The notes under the pieces: generated by a model | What the model was told of the DNA's origin: nothing | Database searches by the model: none | Seen by the model: the letters and a program-made list of their open reading frames with translations, nothing else | Part shown: piece after piece, positions 44,001 to 47,684 of the stretch | How positions within the stretch are numbered: position 1 is the first letter of the stretch | How the letters are laid out: every line of letters starts with the position of its first letter | Translations under genes and position numbers: made by a program | DNA from: Tortispora ganteri | Lineage: Eukaryota | Reading direction: 5' to 3' | DNA: 47,684 bases | Assembly: GCA_003707115.1 (NCBI GenBank) | Contig: PPNB01000001.1 | Location: forward strand, 744,001 to 791,684

Positions 44001-44392
44001 TGGGATTTTTTGCTACTCATTATGGCACATTAGGTACGTCATTTGAGGATCATCCTGAAGTTGAGTCTAAAAGGATGGCAATTCTCGTCAATGAAGACCA
44101 ACGAAGTGTTACCTTTTTGTACAAACTTGAAAACGGCATATCCCCCGGATCATTTGGCATGCATGTTGCTTCTATGTGTGGTATCAGTCACGAGATTGTC
44201 GACTATGCGGCAGAAGCGGCCAAGACTATGGAACGTACGTCTAAGGTATTAGCTAAAACCAACACGGAAAAAGTAATGCCACTTGGGATTTTTAGCGACT
44301 TGCGATATTTTGCCGACGCTGAAATGTGCAATTCTCGCTCTCTTTATACCTTTTACGATCAGGTGAGTAATGTACTGTCTAGCAGATCATAA
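41021..44392 (+). CDS. MSH6: DNA mismatch repair protein Msh6
   Basis: PIP box QPSITSFF, YDPRTLYIP, KGKFYELY (Phe-X-Glu), TGANAAGKST, DELGRG and FATHY. ATG at 41021. Confidence 0.96.
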   Translation: MARGSLKVKLRDANQPSITSFFSKLKTPVKSKPDFTTTPVTVAAETQNDIPTPSSEARSDNATTDPQSSPLKERQPEHKLTSSPLSESATAHLQSPPPTSPDASDEEPAVQINKRRRVIDSDDENEYKQSSREVSDSDASDGDLAPTDTKIPVPTKKARPTSSSIAKYSSGTSYTASSAKPTHASKPTPKRDFEKTNEERYSWLLDVRDADKNPVGHKDYDPRTLYIPPSAWSKFTPFEKQYWEIKSKMWNTVVFFKKGKFYELYENDAEIASSKFDLKLAGGGRANMRLCGVPEMSFDYWASSFIAQGYKVARVDQKESLLAKEMRDSKSGSKEDKIVKRELKCVLTGGTLVDSAMISDDLAIYCMAIKEILRPTSGPVIGLCIVDTATGMFQIAEFEDDMNYTRFETILAQVRPKELLLEKNGLSRAALHIIKNNTSTGVIYNYLKPITEFWSAQITEEEIARAKYFKSNDHDDRSHWPTAIKSVLNSKEAAMSAIGALLWYLRTLNIDEQLVSIGNFSAYDPLVKANNMVLDGQSLQNLEIFVNCFDGSETGTLFQFINRCTTSFGKRMLRNWLCRPLYSISHINARLDSIDQLIEDYTLQESVERLLVSLPDLERLLSRIHALNCKPKDFLRVIEGLEQIAVNMQKIKNQEIRGELKTVVESMPSLDSDLEPWIDAFDRQKLLDEGIIIPREGFEPDFDASLGVIKEIEARLHHQLREYRRMLKSQDVIFKDSGKEIYLIEVPLKLVSSVPRDWLQMGATAKTKRFWSPEVRLLARELMEARELHKIKEMGIQNKLYEMFATKYDTWISAVDVVAKIDCLLSISKASSGLGVPSCRPEFVDEERSVLEFRELRHPCICSNTEFIPNDIALGGCNAKLNLLTGANAAGKSTVLRMTCIAVILAQMGCYVPAESCRMTPVDRIMTRLGANDNILAGQSTFYVELAETKKILADATDRTLLVIDELGRGGSSFDGFAIAESVLHHIATHIGSLGFFATHYGTLGTSFEDHPEVESKRMAILVNEDQRSVTFLYKLENGISPGSFGMHVASMCGISHEIVDYAAEAAKTMERTSKVLAKTNTEKVMPLGIFSDLRYFADAEMCNSRSLYTFYDQVSNVLSSRS

Positions 44393-44459
44393 TGATCTAG
44401 GATAATATTTACATATATGGACTTAGGTTAGCCAATCGCAGAACAGCGTTTAGCTAAGT

Positions 44460-46661
44460 CTATGCTTTTGCCTTATTCTTCTTCTCATACTCTGCAATGA
44501 GTTCACGTTGCAGTTGAGGAGGAGTTGGAGCATAAGTTTTGAATTCCAGAGTAAATTCGCCTTTACCCTGAGTAGCAGCACGTATTTGAGTTGCAAATCC
44601 GAACATGCTATTTAGTGAACAGTCAGCAGTAAGAACAAACTCATCTGCTCCAATTTCTGTTTCGCTTATAATCGCGTTTCTTTTATTCATTAATCCAATC
44701 ACACTGCCTTGAAACTCAATAGGTGCAGTAATAGTGACTTCCATGATCGGTTCTAAAATGATAGGGTTGGCTTTCTTGAATGCTTCCTTGAACGCATAGT
44801 TCGTTGCAGTACGGAATGCCATATCACTTGAATCAACAACATGGGTAGCACCATCGTTGATCAACATATGTGCTCCAAGTACTTTATGTCCGACTAAAGG
44901 TCCTTTTTCACATGCGTCCTCGAATCCTTTCTGACAAGCCGACAAGAATTTCTCAGGAATCTTACCTCCCACAATCTGGCTCTCAAACGTATTTTCGCCT
45001 TCAACAGGTGACAACATTCCGACGACTTTAGCGTATTGACCAGCGCCACCAGACTGTTTCTTGTGCGTATAATCAAATGGTACTTCGCTCGTCAATGTTT
45101 CTCTATATGCTACCTGTGGTTTGCCCGTCTCACATTCGACCTTGTATTCGCGCTTCATGCGCTCCACATAAATTTCAAGATGTAACTCACCCATCCCGGA
45201 AATAATCGTTTCTTTACTCTCGTTATCGAACTTCACACGGAAAGTCGGGTCCTCACGCTGGAACCGGCTCATTGCTTTTGAAAAATTCGTTGTATCCTGA
45301 CCTTTTGGTTTTATCGCTAATGAGATAACAGGTTCAGGCACAAACATCGTCTCCATGGAATACATAACAGTTCCATCAGTGAACGTATCACCAGATGAGC
45401 ATTCAATACCAAAAGTTGCGCAGATCTCTCCCGCACCAACTTCAGACACTTCTTCCATATCATTAGAATGCATACGTACAAGTCGCGACAGTTTCGTCTT
45501 CTTGCCATTCTTGCTGTTTACAATAAACTGGCCTTTCTTGATCTTTCCCTGGTACACGCGCAGATAAGTCAGCTGACCATAACGTCCATCTTCGAGCTTG
45601 AATGCAAGTCCTACAAATGGTTCCGCCTCAGCAGGACTCAAAGTCACTTCGGCTTCCTTATTCGCAATATCTAAAGCAGTATTGGTAATATCAGCAGGAT
45701 TCGGTAAGTAGTCGCATACTGCGTCCAGACAAGGCTGCACACCAGTATTAGCAAGAGCACTACCCATAGCCACAGCTGTGAACTTGTTCTCAATAGTGCT
45801 GACACGAATTGCTTCCTTGATCTGCTCAATAGTCGGTTCTTTCTCTTCGAGGTACAGTTCCGCAATGTTGTCGTTCACATCAGCAAGCGTCTCAATCAGC
45901 AGAGCGCGTTTTTCTTCAACAACATCCTTCAAATCATCAGGAACAACGTCCACACGCAGCTTCTCGCCGCTAGACCCTTCATTGTATATGGCCTTGCGTT
46001 CAATAATATCTACCACACCTTTGAGATCGCCTTCAAGACCGATCGGTACTTGAATCGCAGCAGCAGGAATCTTCAGTTTCTTGTTCAACTGCTCAATAGC
46101 TTTCCAGGGGTTCGCACCCATTCTGTCAAGCTTGTTGATGAACGTGAGACGTGGCACATTGTATCGCCGCATCTGCCGATCAACCGTCATCGTCTGCGAC
46201 TGCACTCCAGACACCGCGCACACAACAAGAATAGCACCGTCTAGCACTCTTAGAGCTCTCTCTACCTCTATAGTGAAATCTATGTGACCTGGCGTGTCAA
46301 TAAGATTGAAATGGTAGTCCTTGTCGCCCTTTATCCACGTACAATATGTAGCAGCGCTTTGGATAGTAATACCTTTCTCTCGCTCGAGGTCCATCGAATC
46401 CATTTTAGCACCAACGTTGTCCTTTCCACGCACCTCATGTATAGCCTCGATACGGCCTGTATAATAAAGAACGCGTTCCGTAAATGTCGTCTTACCAGAA
46501 TCAATGTGCGCAGAAATACCGATGTTCCTGATACGATCTAGTCTGGAACTGTCGGCATCAGAGAGCGTCGACTGCAGCCGAAACCTACCAAACCCAATCG
46601 TTTCCATGCAAGTTAATCGTCTCCGACAAAGAGTCAGTCCTTTAGAAACTGTCCGCAGCAT
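44460..46661 (-). CDS. MEF1: Mitochondrial elongation factor G1
   Basis: [39 protein letters not shown] and GMGELHL; mitochondrial presequence. Confidence 0.96.
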   Translation of the reverse strand: MLRTVSKGLTLCRRRLTCMETIGFGRFRLQSTLSDADSSRLDRIRNIGISAHIDSGKTTFTERVLYYTGRIEAIHEVRGKDNVGAKMDSMDLEREKGITIQSAATYCTWIKGDKDYHFNLIDTPGHIDFTIEVERALRVLDGAILVVCAVSGVQSQTMTVDRQMRRYNVPRLTFINKLDRMGANPWKAIEQLNKKLKIPAAAIQVPIGLEGDLKGVVDIIERKAIYNEGSSGEKLRVDVVPDDLKDVVEEKRALLIETLADVNDNIAELYLEEKEPTIEQIKEAIRVSTIENKFTAVAMGSALANTGVQPCLDAVCDYLPNPADITNTALDIANKEAEVTLSPAEAEPFVGLAFKLEDGRYGQLTYLRVYQGKIKKGQFIVNSKNGKKTKLSRLVRMHSNDMEEVSEVGAGEICATFGIECSSGDTFTDGTVMYSMETMFVPEPVISLAIKPKGQDTTNFSKAMSRFQREDPTFRVKFDNESKETIISGMGELHLEIYVERMKREYKVECETGKPQVAYRETLTSEVPFDYTHKKQSGGAGQYAKVVGMLSPVEGENTFESQIVGGKIPEKFLSACQKGFEDACEKGPLVGHKVLGAHMLINDGATHVVDSSDMAFRTATNYAFKEAFKKANPIILEPIMEVTITAPIEFQGSVIGLMNKRNAIISETEIGADEFVLTADCSLNSMFGFATQIRAATQGKGEFTLEFKTYAPTPPQLQRELIAEYEKKNKAKA

Positions 46662-47038
46662 TTCGATCCCAGTATGTACGTACTAACAAATTCGTATTGT
46701 GGAAGGCTGCTCAAGCTGATTTTATAAACTTCGTTCTTTCCTATTGGTTGGAGATTTTACCCATTACCCTGTCACTGTTGTTATCCTGACAAATTCACCT
46801 CTCCTGAGCTTTCACTTATACTAACTACCGCACATATGGCATCTTGACTCCAATAGGCTGGTTTTATGCCATGTAACCCTGAAAGTACTTTGCTTACCTT
46901 GCTATACTCTGATAGATAACTCAATTCTATCTTTTTATGCATTCACAGCAGCAAACCTTGCAGCGTCTAGGTTCGGGGCATCTGAACGAGGAGCGGCCAA
47001 CTCTGTTTTTGGCTTTCTTAGTAACTACGCAATTACTC

Positions 47039-47069
47039 AGACTATATATGATAGAGACTATATATGATA
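47039..47069. repeat. Short direct duplication (AGACTATATATGATA x2)
   Basis: Seen directly: agactatatatgatagagactatatatgata. Confidence 0.6.
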
Positions 47070-47528
47070 AAGTTATATCTATTCCTCAAACTTAAAACAG
47101 CCTATTTTACCAACCTATAACGACTGCGCACGGCAGCTTAAAGAACACACTAAATGCCAATGGAAGTCATTTAGGGTTCAGTAGTCAATAATTAGTTTTG
47201 GTTGTTCCGGTTATTGCGTTGATTTGCAAGCTTTGATATATTGACTCCCTCCTGCTGTGGCCTTTGCGACAAAAAAAACCTGAAAATCCATCTCATCATC
47301 ATAAAAATCTGAGACACTTTTGTGGTTCCTTTTGCTCCGGAGTCGTCGGTAATATTTCATTCGCCAAGGCCTGAATTTTAGTGTGCGGTTTAATTACATT
47401 TCTAGCGTGCTTATTGTGGATAGACTAAACCTTGTAATGAACTTACAGCGTCTAATCTATCTTTGCTTGAAAGCAACTAACTTATTTAACCACCGCAAAA
47501 AATGGAGTTAGGTCAGTTTCCTTAACTG

Positions 47529-47684
47529 ATGGCGACTTTTACCGAAATCGAAACTGTTCTCTGCGAACCACCTGTTGAAACTACAACAGTATATGCTCGT
47601 TCATTCACTTCCACGAAAGGTCAAGCTACCGTCTATGATGATTACTGTGAGCCTGTTATAACCGATGTAGACGGTTGGTACTGC
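47529..47684 (+). CDS. Possible partial CDS running off the right end, unknown product
   Basis: 52 open codons from ATG: MATFTEIETVLCEPPVETTTVYARSFTSTKGQATVYDDYCEPVITDVDGWYC. No family recognised. Confidence 0.4.
   Translation, partial: MATFTEIETVLCEPPVETTTVYARSFTSTKGQATVYDDYCEPVITDVDGWYC

Noticed and set aside
46672..46687. GTATGT-acg-TACTAAC on the + strand beside the MEF1 start
   Set aside because: Donor and branch point are only 3 nt apart, too close to splice, and antisense to MEF1.
1..47684. Mobile elements, CRISPR arrays, rRNA/tRNA genes, alternative CUG code
   Set aside because: None seen; CTG encodes conserved Leu positions.

Overview
Compact, intron-poor fungal DNA, most likely a budding yeast (Saccharomycotina) from an early-diverging lineage such as Trichomonascaceae/Dipodascales. 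This placement is inferred from gene density and from retention of EAF, Hook and HIU hydrolase. CTG codons fall on conserved Leu positions (KRLELAG in Rpc2), so the standard code applies. About 23 protein-coding genes are visible, two of them cut by the window ends. Most are housekeeping: RET1/RPC2, EMC7-like, CUS1, SLY41-like, YHM2, HEM13, IST1, TAM41, an APSES factor, TOP2, MSH6 and MEF1. The main feature is an 11.3-kb co-oriented block (29120-40408) of a HOL1-like MFS transporter, three tandem amidase-signature hydrolases and a PTS1-bearing ACOX1/AoxA-type acyl-CoA oxidase. Its promoters carry CCTCGG (FarA/Ctf1/Por1-type), GATA and Mig1/CreA-type motifs, making it a candidate N-acyl-amide catabolic gene cluster. 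Other oddities: a GH81 glucanase with an eroded active site, four MCB boxes inside the MSH6 coding region, gene-conversion tracts between amidases, a ~920-nt 5'-UTR intron, and miniature Hook and Lge1-like proteins. All family calls come from recalled motifs, not database searches.
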